NCBI RefSeq assembly: GCF_035594765.1
Contig: NC_085841.1
Location: 225,773,326-225,837,325 of the forward strand
Length of the DNA stretch: 64,000 bases
Direction: 5' to 3'
Origin: Anolis carolinensis
Lineage: Eukaryota
Below, piece by piece: positions 49,643 to 63,015 of the stretch. The stretch's first letter is position 1. Each line of letters starts with the position of its first letter. Under the pieces are notes generated by a model. It worked only from the letters and a program-made list of their open reading frames with translations. It made no database searches and was not told the origin of the DNA. The position numbers and the translations under genes were made by a program.

Positions 49643-50503
49643 CTAGCTGTGCCCAGCCACGCGTTGCTGTGGCATTGTCTGGTGGTGTTGGTGAGAACTT
49701 GTTGAGATGGTGGTGGTATTGAATGTCTGTTGTATGGCTGTCTTTATGTTTAGTATGCATTTGGTTGTTTGTGTACTGTGAAAGTGGTGAGGGTAGAGGG
49801 GGTCTATGTCCCTGTGTAGTATTGTGTAGTATTTATACGTTGTCCATGTGTTGTGAATGCTTATTATCCAACACATTCACTTATCCAAAGTTCTGCCGGC
49901 CTGTTTATGTTGGATAAGTGAGACTCCACTGTATATTTATAATCTTATATTATCTGCTTAGAACTGGATTATATGAGGCTCCTTCTACACAGCTGTATAA
50001 AATGCACACTGAAGTGAATGATATGGCAGTGTGGACTCAAGAAAATCCAGTTCAAAGCAGATTATAAATGGGTAATATAGCTGTGTGGAAGGGCCTTGAG
50101 TCTACACTGCCATATAATCCAGTCCAAAGTAAATAATATAAGATTATAAATGGGTTATATAGCTGTGTGGACGGGCCTTGAGTGTACACTGCCATATAAT
50201 CCAGTTCAAATCAGATAATCTGTATCTTATAGGCAGTGTGGAAGAGGCCTGAGGCCTAACTGCCTGTCCCCTGGGCTCAGTAGGTTGCTAGGAGACCAAG
50301 TGGGCAGAGCTTAGCCCTCTAACTGGCATAAAAACAATTATTCCTTTCCCTCTAATTAGGACTTTATTTTTCTTTTCTTTTTGTTGTATCAACCTAGAGC
50401 CGTGGATGATGGGTTGTGTTGTCAAATTTCGAGGTTGGGGGGCCTGTAGTTTTGTTGTTTTGTCCGCTGCCCTGATGCCATCACTCTTTTATATATATAT
50501 AGA
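49643..50503 (-). mobile_element. Non-autonomous Helitron related to 9839-11816
   Basis: Starts TCTATATATATATAAAAG, ends GCCACAGCAACGCGTGGCTGGGCACAG-CTAG; A|T insertion; shares cargo with the 9.8-kb copy. Confidence 0.87.
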
Positions 50504-51782
50504 TTGAAAAAGCAACTTGTTTTTCCACTCATCATTTTGTTTGACAATAACAAACTTCCAGAAAATGCTATTTGGATATATTCCTTATAGAGTATCTGGA
50601 TATAGAGTATGTAAAATGCTGAACAGTAACCTATATAAAGGTTTATTACTACAATGTTAAATATAATCGAAGAAATAAAATGGTCATAACAAAAACATTG
50701 ATGGAACACTGAAATTCCCTATCAGTAAAAGACTACACAGCATAGCATGAACTATTTGCTATGGATACAACAGATTGTTACTGTTTTCTTAAAAGTGGTT
50801 TTTGTACACAGTTTGAATAAAAGGAATGCTTATGCATAGCTTGGAGATTGCAAGATTTTTTTTAGTTATGCCACACTTAGCTGTGCTGCAGAATTAATTT
50901 AGTAGTAACAAAAAAATCTATGGTTTCAAAGAAAAACATCAGCAATGCAGCACACTCCCACCTAGGTTTTCAAAAACTAGGTCATATAGACAAAAATGAA
51001 AATATTCAATGGAAACTGTTCCTAATAAATGTATTCTGTTTTACTAGATCCTGATTCCCATACAGAACATGAATTTTACCATCAATAATAAAAATTCAAA
51101 TTGCATCTGACAATAAATTGACATTTAATACACAGAAATAGAAATGTACATTGAAGCATTTGCTTTTGGAAAACAATGAGGAAAACATTTGGTTTTCATA
51201 TTTACTAAACATCATAATATTTGCATGTCTACATTAGCCCTATCTCGCTCAGCTCAGATCTTGAGAACTGGGGATAGAGTAGTCATTGATAAACCACATC
51301 CCTGTAGAAGTACTGAATGCCTCTCACAAACTTCTCTGGAGAATGAGCAACCTCACAGAACGGCATCAGAAGTACAGCATGAGAAATAGAGATTGTGTGA
51401 TGGTGGTCAAAACTGAGGGAAGTGATAGACCACTACAATATACAAATGGAAGTGAAAGTGCCTACCAATGTGTCAAGAGTAAGCCATCCAGTCTAGAGAC
51501 AGTTTGCAAGGTTTTACGTAGTCTACCAGAGTGAGGGAGAGAGGTCATTCAATATATTAATGGCCTCCTTATCCATAGGCTTGTTATCTATAGTTTCACT
51601 TGCGCTCTAAAAAATATTCTCTCCCAGAAGTGTTTGTAGGCATCTCTAGGTCTTCAAATGTAATTCTACGTTTTGCTTCTAATCCAAATATAGTGAAAGG
51701 GTGGGGTCTACTATTAGCCACTCTTTCCGGTATCCACAGAGAGTCCTAGAATATATCCCTTAAAATACAGCGATTAACTATA

Positions 51783-52105
51783 CAGTAGAGTCTCACTTAT
51801 CCAACACTCGCTTATCCAACGTTCTGGATTATCCAACACATTTTTGTAGTCAATGTTTTCAATACATCGTGATATTTTGGTGCTAAATTCGTAAATACAG
51901 TAATTACTACATACCATTACTGCGTATTGGACTACTTTTTCTGTCAAATTTGTTGTATAACATGATGTTTTGGTGCTTAATTTGTAAAATCATAACCTAT
52001 TTTGATGTTCAATAGGCTTTTACTTAATCTCTCCTTATTATCCAATATATTCACTTATCCAACATTCTGCCGGCCCGTTTATGTTGGATAAGTGAGACTC
52101 TACTG
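51783..52105. mobile_element. Tc1/mariner-pogo MITE (orientation B)
   Basis: Perfect TIRs CAGTAGAGTCTCACTTATCCAAC with TA TSD. Confidence 0.92.
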
Positions 52106-53111
52106 TATATGCATTTCCCTTCCTCTATTATCCTGGTTCTATACTACAGGATCTGAATTTGTAATCTATCTGTAAGGTTCAGGCTTCTACAGAAATGTTT
52201 TCCCCCCATTCCTAAAAGTTTAATAAGCTAAATTAGGTTAACTGGCCTAATACAATCTTATAAACTCTTAAAAGTTTTTTTGATGAAAACATAATGAGTT
52301 ACATGTATCCTAACTCTTATTTATGGTATATGTACTTCTAATAACTGTAATGCAGATATTGGGGACTCATTCACATGTGCTAATGTTTTGTGTGTAAGAC
52401 ACAATTCTCAAAGGAAAACACCACAACCAACTATTGGCAATTTAAAGCAGAGCACATGGGATAAAACACACCATTGCTCCTTCCAGCATAGCTGAAAAAT
52501 AGAGAGCCTTGGGAAAATATTGTTTAAATATACTGCCAAGCTACTTACTAACCTGATACAGAAGTCTACTGTTATATTTTTAATTATAATTCTCAGATGG
52601 ATACCATTTGGACTTAAAAGTGTGTTTGTCTTCAATTTGTCAGAATTTTTAGTCTGTACTTTTTGGCACAGTCCCTTTCTGAAAATGCGAGAGAATTCAT
52701 TTGAGTGTTTTGCAATCTCTTTAACTTCTTTTATTTCCCATGTCACCCAACTGCTTCTCTATCTAGTTCACACCTTATAATATTCTTATGGCAATGCTTA
52801 CACTTCTATTGCCAAATGTTTTGTCCCTCTCACATTGGAAATACTTCTTGTTTCTACCAGCTGAAAGTATAAATGATATAATTTTAAAATATTGATGGTT
52901 TCCGTAAACATCAGCCACTTGAAAAGACATGACTTCTTCTTTCAAATTTTTTTTACCAGACCTTTCATTTTTGAAAGATCTCTTTTGAAATAAAATGTTA
53001 CCATGCTGAACATTTTTGGAAATTGTCTATTAACTTAAAATAACAGTATTATTGTTACTCAATTAAAAATGCCAGTTCACTGAAATAGGAAGAATAAGAC
53101 AGATGAATTAA

Positions 53112-53508
53112 AGACAGTCCTTGATTTACAAACATCCAATTTACAAATGACTCATGGTTAAGAACAGGGGTAAGACAAGAGGAAGTGAGAGAAACCTACT
53201 CCAAGGGAGGGAAATTCAAACCTGGAAGAGTTATCATAGGAAAAAAAGTGTCTCCACTGAAGCTTTCTCACCCATCCTTATTTCCACAAGCCAATTCTTT
53301 CAATATCCAATTATCACACGGACTGAAAGTGAGATGAAATCTTATGAACAGGGGAACAGACAGCAAATCCAAAGCTAATATATACAATTATTTGGCTAGT
53401 GTTACACTTAAAAATCTACCTTACATACAAATTCCGACTTACATACAAATTCATCTTAAGAACAAACCTACAGAACCTGTCTTGTTCCTAACCTGGGGAT
53501 TGCCTTGC
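53112..53508. mobile_element. Tigger-like MITE relic (left-end fragment also at 59396-59450)
   Basis: cagtcct.ga.ttaca.acatc..a.ttacaaatgactcat.gttaagaa left end and cttgttcctaacctggggattgcc right end. Confidence 0.6.
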
Positions 53509-53981
53509 CTATACATATATTCATGCCATCCATATTTGGTATTTATAATGTGAAGCTGAAGAAAACTACTTGTTTAAATTAGATTATGCTAGGTTCTCTT
53601 TAAAATAATACATTTCCTCAGATATCATTTCTCTTTCTATTGTGTCTGAATATAAATTAGTCAATTTAGTTATCACTACCAGGTTCTGTATTTTATCGCA
53701 CATATCATGTATCACACGGAAAAAATTTCTGGGAAATTGTGAGATATTAGATATTCTTGAATCAGCAAATATATAGGGCACTAATTTTTTCTCATCCCCT
53801 AAAGAAAGAAGAAGAAGAAATAAATAGTATAAAGAAATTTCTATAGTTTTATATATATTTCATTCTCTTAGAGTATTTCTAATCAAATGGATGTTTCCAT
53901 CATAAATCTGGTATACTATTACATGCAAACCGGGGCAGTAGACCCTCAGTGTCTGCCAGGTTTTGGTTCCAGGACACACAC

Positions 53982-53983
<2 letters not shown>

Positions 53984-54017
<34 letters not shown>

Positions 54018-54030
54018 CAACAACAACAAC
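53984..54030. repeat. (TAA)n(CAA)n compound microsatellite (L2 tail)
   Basis: Directly visible. Confidence 0.93.
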
Positions 54031-56275
54031 TTTATTTTTATACCCCGCCCCATCTCCCCGAAGGGACTCGGGGCGGCTTACATGGGGCCTTGCCCGATAC
54101 AACAATATAATAACAACAACAAAACAATAAAACAAATATCCCAACAATAAAAACATCAGCATCAATAAAACAGTCATTAAAATCAACATACAGCATAAAA
54201 TGTTAAAAACAGGAGACTAATACACAGATCTAGGCCAAAGTGCAGAATATTCCAAAATGGGGAGAGGTAGTTTCACAGCTAAAATGGACAATAAAGTGCA
54301 ATGTAATAATGGCAAAGCATCAACGATGGAGCTATTGTAGAATGGGCAGATAAATCAAACCCACAACGATTAATCATCAAAAACCTTGGATACCAAAATC
54401 TATACATGATTAAATACCATTTTATACAATAGTCTACTAAAATAGCATACCTTCTCTAAGGTGACAAAATAAAATGTGGGGTTTTTTTTGGAATTTTGTT
54501 TAGAATACAGTATTTTCAAGTCGTGGTTGGTTGACTCTCTAGGTACAGGGGACCAATTGTATCAAGTTCAGAGAGAAGTTACTACTTTTCCTCAGAATAT
54601 TTTTCTAGATTTCCCATTATGCTGCTTTAAAAATCCATCTGACATACACAATTTCCTCTAGAGCTCTTTGGACGCTCAGTCCCACTGTTTGCTCTTTGCC
54701 CAATGCTGGGGGAAATTCTTTTCGTATCTTCCCCATCATCACCGCTATAGCGACTTCTGCTCTGCAGTGCTCAATTTATCAGCAAACTACAGATTAGCAG
54801 TGAAGAAAGTTGTGCTAGGATTCAGATAAAGTTAATCCCACCCACCCCACTTAGTTTAATGGGGAGACTCTGCAGTTGCCAAATTTCTCCCGACTGTTTA
54901 AGGACACTAAAAATTCCACTGATAACTATATAACTTGATAGTAATCTAGTCTAAGAACAACAAGACAGAGCAAAAAGAAAATGGTTTTTAAAGATACAAA
55001 ATGAATCAAATTGAAAAAATCCAAGAAGCACTGAAGGTTTGTTGAACTTTGGATAGGTTCAGAATTATAGTCCTCTGAAAGACTGTTCTTTCCTTATCTG
55101 GTAAACCAAGAGCATGCACTTTTTAAACATGAAGGAAAACCAACACACCACACCGAGAACATTAACTTATAATCAAATCAGGTTGTTCCAGCAGATAGAT
55201 TATTTTGTCACATATTTTTCATGCAATCATAAACCAATAATACTTTGGATAAAGAAAAAGAAAAAGAGTAACACGAAATATTTCCAAAATGTAACACAGC
55301 TACAACATAGCTAATGTATGCCTTTTAGTTATTTACAACTTACAGTGACCGTCAGATGAACCTACCCAGTGTTTTCTTGGCAAGATTTGTTTAGAGGAAT
55401 TTGCCATTGCCTTTTTTCTAAGGATGAGACAGTGACTTGCCTAAGGTCATTCAATGGAATTCAATGGCCAAAGCAGTGAGTTGAAAACCACTGGTCCTGG
55501 GGCACTTTAGAAATGAGTTAGCTAAGTGGTTGTGAATGCCTGCAGGAAATGTATCCATGAGATACATAAAAATCATGGATGGACATATAATATACACCAG
55601 GAGCACAGTAGAAAAATTGCCAAGGTAATATGATGATTATTTATAGTTAAAAAAAAGGCTAGAAACATATTCTAGCGCCAGAAATGCAATATTCAGGTGG
55701 GATACTGCAACACAAAGTTTTCACTTCAGAGTGCTTCTGTGTGGTTTCCACACTATTGCCCATGCACCACTCCAGTCTGCCACCAGTCAGCACCTCATGC
55801 CTGCTGAATATGCTTTATCCTCACTGGTTCATTCTGGGCTTTATCTGTTTTTATTTGGGGACATACATGTTCAGTTGTTGCTACATTCACCTATTTCAGC
55901 TCTTCATTGATGTTTATTATGAGCTCTCACATGTTGACTTAAAAGTGAGGTGAAAACAGAAACAGATATATGGAGATATACAGTAGTCACTCATATTTGT
56001 GGGGTAAGCATTCACAGATTTGCCTATTTGTGGATTACTGTATTTGCTACCTCCTTTGCCTTTGCCCTCTGTGAGACTGAAAAAAAAGTTTTCTCCAGGC
56101 ATTTGTAGGTCCTCTAACACATAGGTCCACTAGTATTTGTAGGTCCTCTGGTGGAGGTTGACCACAGAATCAGACTGGGATGATGATGATGATGATGATA
56201 ATATTTATTTATACAGTACCCTGCTTTTTCTCTCAACAAAGGTGACACTGCAAGGCCCAGATAAGTATTTTTTTC

Positions 56276-56569
56276 ATGTTAAAAAGTGTTTGCAATTTTT
56301 AGTCATATTCATTGTTTTTCTACATTCATTAGGATCCTGCATTGCTAACCTTCACAAATGTGGAGGGACCAATACTTTTCAATGGTGGTGGGATTGTGTG
56401 CTCCAGTGAGGCAAAAAGTTATGTTTAAAAAGTGTTTGCAAGTTTTATTTATATTTATTGTTTTTCTGCTTTCATGGTGACTCTGCATTCCTAACCATCA
56501 CAAATGTGGGGGAGGAATATTTTTCAATGGCGGTGGGATTGTGTGCTTCTGTGAGGCAAGAGGTTATGT
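56276..56569. repeat. Diverged ~145-bp tandem duplication
   Basis: atgtt(t)aaaaagtgtttgcaa...cacaaatgtgg...tcaatgg.ggtgggattgtgtgct...gtgaggcaa.a.gttatgt occurs twice. Confidence 0.85.
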
Positions 56570-57129
56570 AGGTAACAGCAATGCAGCTAGTAGAGCTTCT
56601 CAACTCAGACAGGATTTGTGTGAGAAGCCATATTAAATGTGTCGAACAAGTTACTGTGCAACAGCAATAGTAAATGATAGGGTGGTGGTGACACTGATGG
56701 AAGATCCCTGAGAGACAACAGCAGTGGTACACAGCTAACACTTATCAGTACTACACAGAAAGAAGCTCAGTAAACTTATTTTCATTTTTTTACAAGGAAA
56801 ACCCTATGAAGAGATAATCCACAATGAAACAAAGGATAGTGCCAGAAGATGAGATGGGTTGGAAGGCATCCAAAAAGGTACTTGGGGGTACAGCAGAAAG
56901 CAACTATGCATAGTGCTGTGGCTAATGATGCATCTGGACTCAAGCTGAAAAGATATTCAGCTGTTGATGTGCTTAGAAGTGAAAGGAAAGTGTGAAGGAG
57001 CAAAACACATATTATGGAAACATGAAATATGAAGATCATGAATCACGAAAAGTTAGACATAAAACAAGAAATGCAATTAATCACATTCAATACCTGAGCT
57101 AAATTGGACAGGAAAATGGCATTTTGAGT

Positions 57130-58310
57130 TAGATAATTAAGTGCTTTACTCAGGAAATGAAAAGTCAAGAGAAAATGGGGTGGCTTTAATAGGGAGGCGA
57201 GATGTAGCAAAAGCAGTGAATTAAAATGGCAGTGTCTGGCTGAATAATATTAGTAAGACTTCAGGGAAAGCCTATTAATAAAATCATAGTTCAGGTTCAT
57301 GCTCCAGAGGCAGAAATTAAAAGATTGTATGTTGGAGACCGGGGAAAAATTGACTACACACAAACATAGGATTTTTTGCTAACTGGAATGAAAAAGTAGG
57401 CAGGAGAGCAGAATCAAGACTGTAGAAAAATTTGGCCTAGGATCAAGAAATATTTATTATTTATTATTTATTTATAGCATTTATATTCCGCCCTTCTCAC
57501 CCCGAAGGGGACAGGGCGGATCACATTACACATATAGGCAAACATTCAATGCTTTTTAACATAGAACAAAGACAAACAACATAGGCTCCGAGCGGGGCTC
57601 GAACTCATGACCTCCTGGTCAGAGTGATTAATTGCAGTTAATTGCACTGGCTTGCTCTCCTGCCTGCGCCACAGCCCGGGCCTAATAGAGGGAGAAAACG
57701 TGGAAGCAGTGACAGACTTTATATTTCTAGGCACAAAGATCACTGCAGATGCAGACTGCAGCCAGGAAATCAGAAAACGTTTACTTCTTGGGAGGAGAGC
57801 AATGGCCAACCTTGACAAAATAGTGAAGAGTAGAGACATCACACTGGCAACGAAGGCCTGCATAGTTAAAGCAATGGTATTCCCCGTAGTAACCTATGGA
57901 TGCGAGAGCTGGACCATAAGGAAGGCTGAGCGAAGAAAGACAGACACTTTTAAACTTTGGTGCTGGAGGAAAATCCTGAGAGTGCCTTGGACCGCAAGAA
58001 GATCCAACCAGTCCATCATCCAGGAAATAATGCCCGGCTGCTCACTGGAGGGAAGGATATTAGAGGCAAAGATGAAGTATTTTGAGCACATCATGAGAGG
58101 ACAGGAAAGCTTGTAAAAGAACATGATGCTGGGGAAAATGGAAGGGAAAAGGAAGAGAGGCCGACCAAGGGCAAGATGGATGGATGGTATCCTTGAAGTG
58201 ACTGGCTTGACCTTGAGGGAACTGGGGGTGGCGACAGCCGACAGGGAGCTCTTGCGTGGACTGGTCCATGAGGTCACGAAGAGTCGGAAACGACTGTGTG
58301 ATTGAAGAAG
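57130..58310 (+). mobile_element. RTE-BovB LINE: decayed endonuclease-region fragment (57130-57451) joined through a SINE to the RT C-terminal and 3' fragment (57681-58310)
   Basis: VEAVTDFIFLGTKITADADCSQEIRKRLLLGR...YGCESWT...WCWR...; upstream piece resembles ENGVAF / IVQVHAP / WNxKVG / GKFGLG motifs of the RTE endonuclease. Confidence 0.9.
57452..57680 (-). mobile_element. tRNA-derived SINE with L2-type tail
   Basis: Near-identical to 39396-39628, with B box GAGTTCGAGCC. Confidence 0.88.
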
Positions 58311-59452
58311 TGTATGAAGCAATATGCAGACACTACCTATATTGCTTTATGCACATTATACTATAGTCATCTAGCATTTTTTTTCATTATAGGGATAGAT
58401 GTGGAAGATAGTACCACTCTTTTACACTGATACAAAGTTAATGAGTATTTATTAATGATAATTAATGTGATTGTGGGCCATTTTACACATGCAGTAAAAC
58501 CTGGAAGTAACTGAGATAAAAGGGGGGTGGCTAAATGATGTTTGGGGAAAGTGTAGGCAGGGTTAACAGCTGAAGACCATGTGTTTAAAAAATGTGCTTA
58601 AAACTCAATTCCACCCTTAAATGCATGCCTTCACATGACTGTATATTTTTGTAGTCATGCAAAACACTTGACTTCCTTTCCATCCCTCTGTGTGGACTGC
58701 TTCAGTGTATGTGTTTTAAAAGCCTAAAACAGCTGATCAGGCTGTCAAAAATGGAGCCATGTACACACAGGTGGCTAAAGGAAAGCATAATTGGAAAGCA
58801 ATTAGAACTCTCTCCAACCAATTTTTTCTTATAATATTAAACTGAGCTTGAATTAACAGTTGGGTGAAGAGAGAGGGAAGAAATCTACTTGTATGTACAT
58901 TGGGATCTCTGCATGTGTGCATACAAGGTCCAGCGTATCTCAGAGATTTTTTAAAAATGAAATGAAATGTAATGAAACTTTATTTATAGCCCGCCCTATC
59001 TCCCAAAGAGACTCAGGGCAGCTTACAACAAAATAAACAATTGCAAACATTCAATTTCTACTGCAGTACATAAAACAAAAAAAAAACTCAATAAATTATA
59101 AAACAACTGAAATAAGCAAGACAATGCATAGCACAAACCACATCATTATAAACATATTAAATCCTTAAAACTTATTAAAAGCCTCTAAAATTTGGCTAAA
59201 ATAGTTGTAAGAGACATGGTGAACAGTGAATTAACAGTTGTTAGCAGCTAGGTGAGGATGCATATAGATGTACGTAATCCTCCTCCTCTCCATAAGCTAA
59301 ATTGCATAGATGTTTTTTCAAAAGATTTTTGAAGGAGAGGAGAGAGGAGGCCATTTTTAATTCTTTAAACAAATAAACAATGAAAAACTATATATAGGCA
59401 GTCCTCGAGTTACAGACATCTGACTTACAAATGACTCATAGTTAAGAAGCAG

Positions 59453-60370
59453 GAAAATCACATTCAAAGCACCCCCAACAGATGGCCATTCAGTCTCTGT
59501 TTAAAAGCCTCCAAAGAAGAAGCCTCCACCACAGTCCGGGGCAGAGAGTTCCACTGCTAAACAGCTCTCACAGTTAAGAAGGTCTTCCTAATGTTCAGAT
59601 GAAATGTCCTTTCCTGTAGTTTGAAGCCATTGTTCCACGTCCTAGTCTCCAGGGCAGCAGAAAACAAGCCTGCTCCCTCTCCCTATGACTTCCCCTCACA
59701 TATTTATACATGGCCATCATGTCTCCTCTCAGCCTTCTCTTCTGTAGGCTAAACATGCCCAGCTCTTTAAGCCGCTCTTCATAGGGCTTGTTCTCCAGAC
59801 TTTGACCTTTTTAGTCGCTCTCCTCTGGACATATTCCAGCTTGTCAACATCTCCCTTAAATTGTGGTGCCCAGAATCGGACACAGTGTGATTCCAGGTGC
59901 GGTCTGACCAAGGGGGGAGCATGACCTTCCTGGATCTAGACACTATATTTCTATTCATGCAGGCCAAAATCCCATTGGCTTTTTATCTTCCACATCACGT
60001 TGTTGGCTCATGTTGTCCACGAGGACTCCAAAATCTTTTTCACACATACTGCTGTTGAGCCAGGCATCCCCCATCATGTATCTTTGCATTTCATTTTTTT
60101 CTGCCTGAGTGGAGTATCTTACATTTGTCCCTGTTGAACTTCATTTTGTTAGTTTCAGCCCATCTCTCTAATCTGTTAAGATCGTTTTGAATTTTGTTCC
60201 TATCCTCTGGAGTATTGGCTATCTCTCCCAATTTGGTGTCGTCTGCAAACTTGATGATCATGCCTTCTAACCCTTCATCTAAGTCATTAATAAAGGTGTT
60301 AAAACAGAACTGGGCCCATGGTGGATGTCCGTGCCACTTCACTCGTCACTTCTTTCCAGGATGAAGAGGA
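59453..60370 (-). mobile_element. CR1 LINE fragment
   Basis: FINDLDEGLEGMIIKFADDTKLG, LVRPHLE motifs; reverse complement of the 21.1-22.0 kb copy. Confidence 0.95.
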
Positions 60371-62880
60371 AGAATAGAAAGCAGTGATGAGTGCAGTGCT
60401 GCAGGATTCTGTTCTGGGTGTTTCTATTCTCAAGCAGAGATTTGAACCCTGGTCTTGAGAGTATAACACTCATATTCATACACAATGCTAGATCTGAATA
60501 TTATTGGACTAAAAATAGCTGTGCATATCTGCATACTATTGGTCTGAAAATAGCTGTGCAAAAAGAAAATAAACATGGCCTCTGAGTATATTCTGAACCA
60601 CAGTATCATATAGTCATTGCTTCTCTGAGTACCTATCCTGAGTCATTTTCAAGCTTTTGGAAAGAGACTCTTCTATTAATGGTATTAATGTCTAGGTATT
60701 AATTACTAGACATTATTGTATGAAAAAAATTGTGCACATATACTGAATAACTATGTCCAGGTGTGATCACTCTTAGTGAGGATATATATATATTGTCTCA
60801 TTTAAACACCAAGACAATTTATAATTCCAACTGATAACTCCAACTGATGCATCTGTGAATGAAAGACCACAGAAGAACACATTTGTAAAAATGGGTTAAA
60901 TTAAAATTATGGTTTGTGAAGAGGAAAGTGCACAAAAAAATTGCCAGCACATTGCTTTAAATTTAGGAGAGGCAATCTTCAGGGAACACTACTTGCCTTT
61001 TGCTTCAACATTATAATACAGAGCAGGGAGAAAGGAAATGATTTTTTAAAAATGTGCATGTATAACGAAGCAGAGACGTCAATTTAGTCAATAAAGTGAA
61101 TACCATTAAAACAGCTCATAAAGAAGTGACAAGCTTTAATAATACGTTATATGACTGAAAGCAGACATTTGTTTTCTCAATGAATCCCTCCTATTGACAA
61201 GGAAGAAATATTTTAGTTTTCGTAGCAATGGCATAGATGCAATCCTTACTTAGTTTTAAAACAGAATTAAAATAAGCTATTAGCTTGTTTGTTGAAACAA
61301 CAACACAAAACAGTGGAGAATTATTCATATATGCCACCTTTGCTGGTAAAAAAGAAAGCTCTTGTAAACTCCCTATGACTTTGCACTCACCCCTACGAAC
61401 TGTTGGTTGCCATGGTAAGCATTTGTCTGTATACTGCATATTAACGCTATAATACCATTCCCATTTCTCTTGCGGAATTAGTAACTGATGTTTGGACTCC
61501 CTATTTAAGAAAATTAAAAGGTTTTTAAATTATGAGTCTCACAGAAGTATATTACAGCTGAAAAGGACATAAACCATACCTGAAACCTACTATTTTATTT
61601 TTAGAAGCTCCCCCCCCCTCCCTGCATCCCTTGAGCTCTCGCTTTTGCTCTCTCCATACTACTTCCCAAGCCAAAATAAAACAGTGTAATTTACTTACAC
61701 ACAGAGAAGGAGAGAAGCAGTGCTATCTCCTGCAGTAAATCATAGAACTGTCATTCTGATTTCAATTCTATTTTGCATGTTGATGCCAAGAAATTCTATT
61801 ATCTATCGACAATGCTTTTATTGCTAAAAAGAACTACACCAAGCCAATTCCTTACCTGAACTTCCACTCTTGCTTACATATGCAGCACAGAAAATATCAC
61901 CTCTCCATATAGTTGCATTCCCCCCACCCCCCGAGACATGCCAGTTACATATTATTTCCCAATTACTGTGCCAAGCTCAGTATTGTCCAAAATTTAGTTT
62001 TGGTTTACACTCAGTTTTGCCTAGACTAGCTTTTGCCTCATATATACAATATATCAGAAAAATAAATTTATCTGCTTCAACAAGGAAACTGCCATTCCAG
62101 TGCAACAAGCAACACTTTTAAAAATGCAGGAAACTGGATCAATGAATGTCATTTTTTTAAAATAAAAAAGGAGCCAAGAGTATTCAAAACAATGTATGAG
62201 ATACTGAAAAAACAGAATGAAGATATCTTTTTTTACTTTTTTTGGTTATTGCTTTTATTTTATTTGTTATTATTTTAAAATACCAGTAGTTTGCATTTGT
62301 CATTACGAGCACACCTAAAAAAGGATCCCTGACTGTAATGTTATTATTATTATTACTAATTTTATTTTATCCAGTCTTTTTTTCAATAGGGACTCAAGGA
62401 GGCTAACAGTGACATGACACAATACAATAAAATTTAAAAATAAGGCTAATGCATGTACATATGAAGGCAAAAATATAAAATTAAATATTTGTGTCATGAG
62501 TATAAAAGTTAAAATATAATTACTTTTAATAAAATACAATTAAAATGATACAATTAAAATGACATTTAAAAACTAGCCAGCTCCTGCAAATCCCACTCAC
62601 GGCATCTCCAGAAGCCTGCTCCTCATTATTTCCTAAATGCTTTGCTTGATAGCAAAGATTTATATTTCACTTTCCTTCAAAATGCAAGCAGGCCATCCTG
62701 GTCTCTTTTGAAGGGAGGGAGTTCCAGAGTCTAGGAGCAGCCACCAAAAAGTCCCTTTTCCTTGTTCCCACCAAGCACACTTGAGATCAAAACGTACAGC
62801 CACCAAATGTATGACTTCTTTTTGCTCCTCCAGTCAGGCCCTGTCTTTACTCATGATTGGTTGCTTTCTTCTGTGTTCAG

Positions 62881-63015
62881 CAGTGGTTCTTAGCCGATGG
62901 GTCCCCAGATGTTTTGGCCTTCAACTCCCAGAAATCCTCACACCTGGGAAACTGGCTGGGATTTCTGGGAGTTGTAGGCCAACAGACCTGGGGACCCACA
63001 GGTTGAGAACCACTG
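62881..63015. mobile_element. SPIN-like hAT MITE
   Basis: TIRs CAGTGGTTCT...GGTTGAGAACCACTG; TSD gtgttcag/gtgtacag (7/8). Confidence 0.88.
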
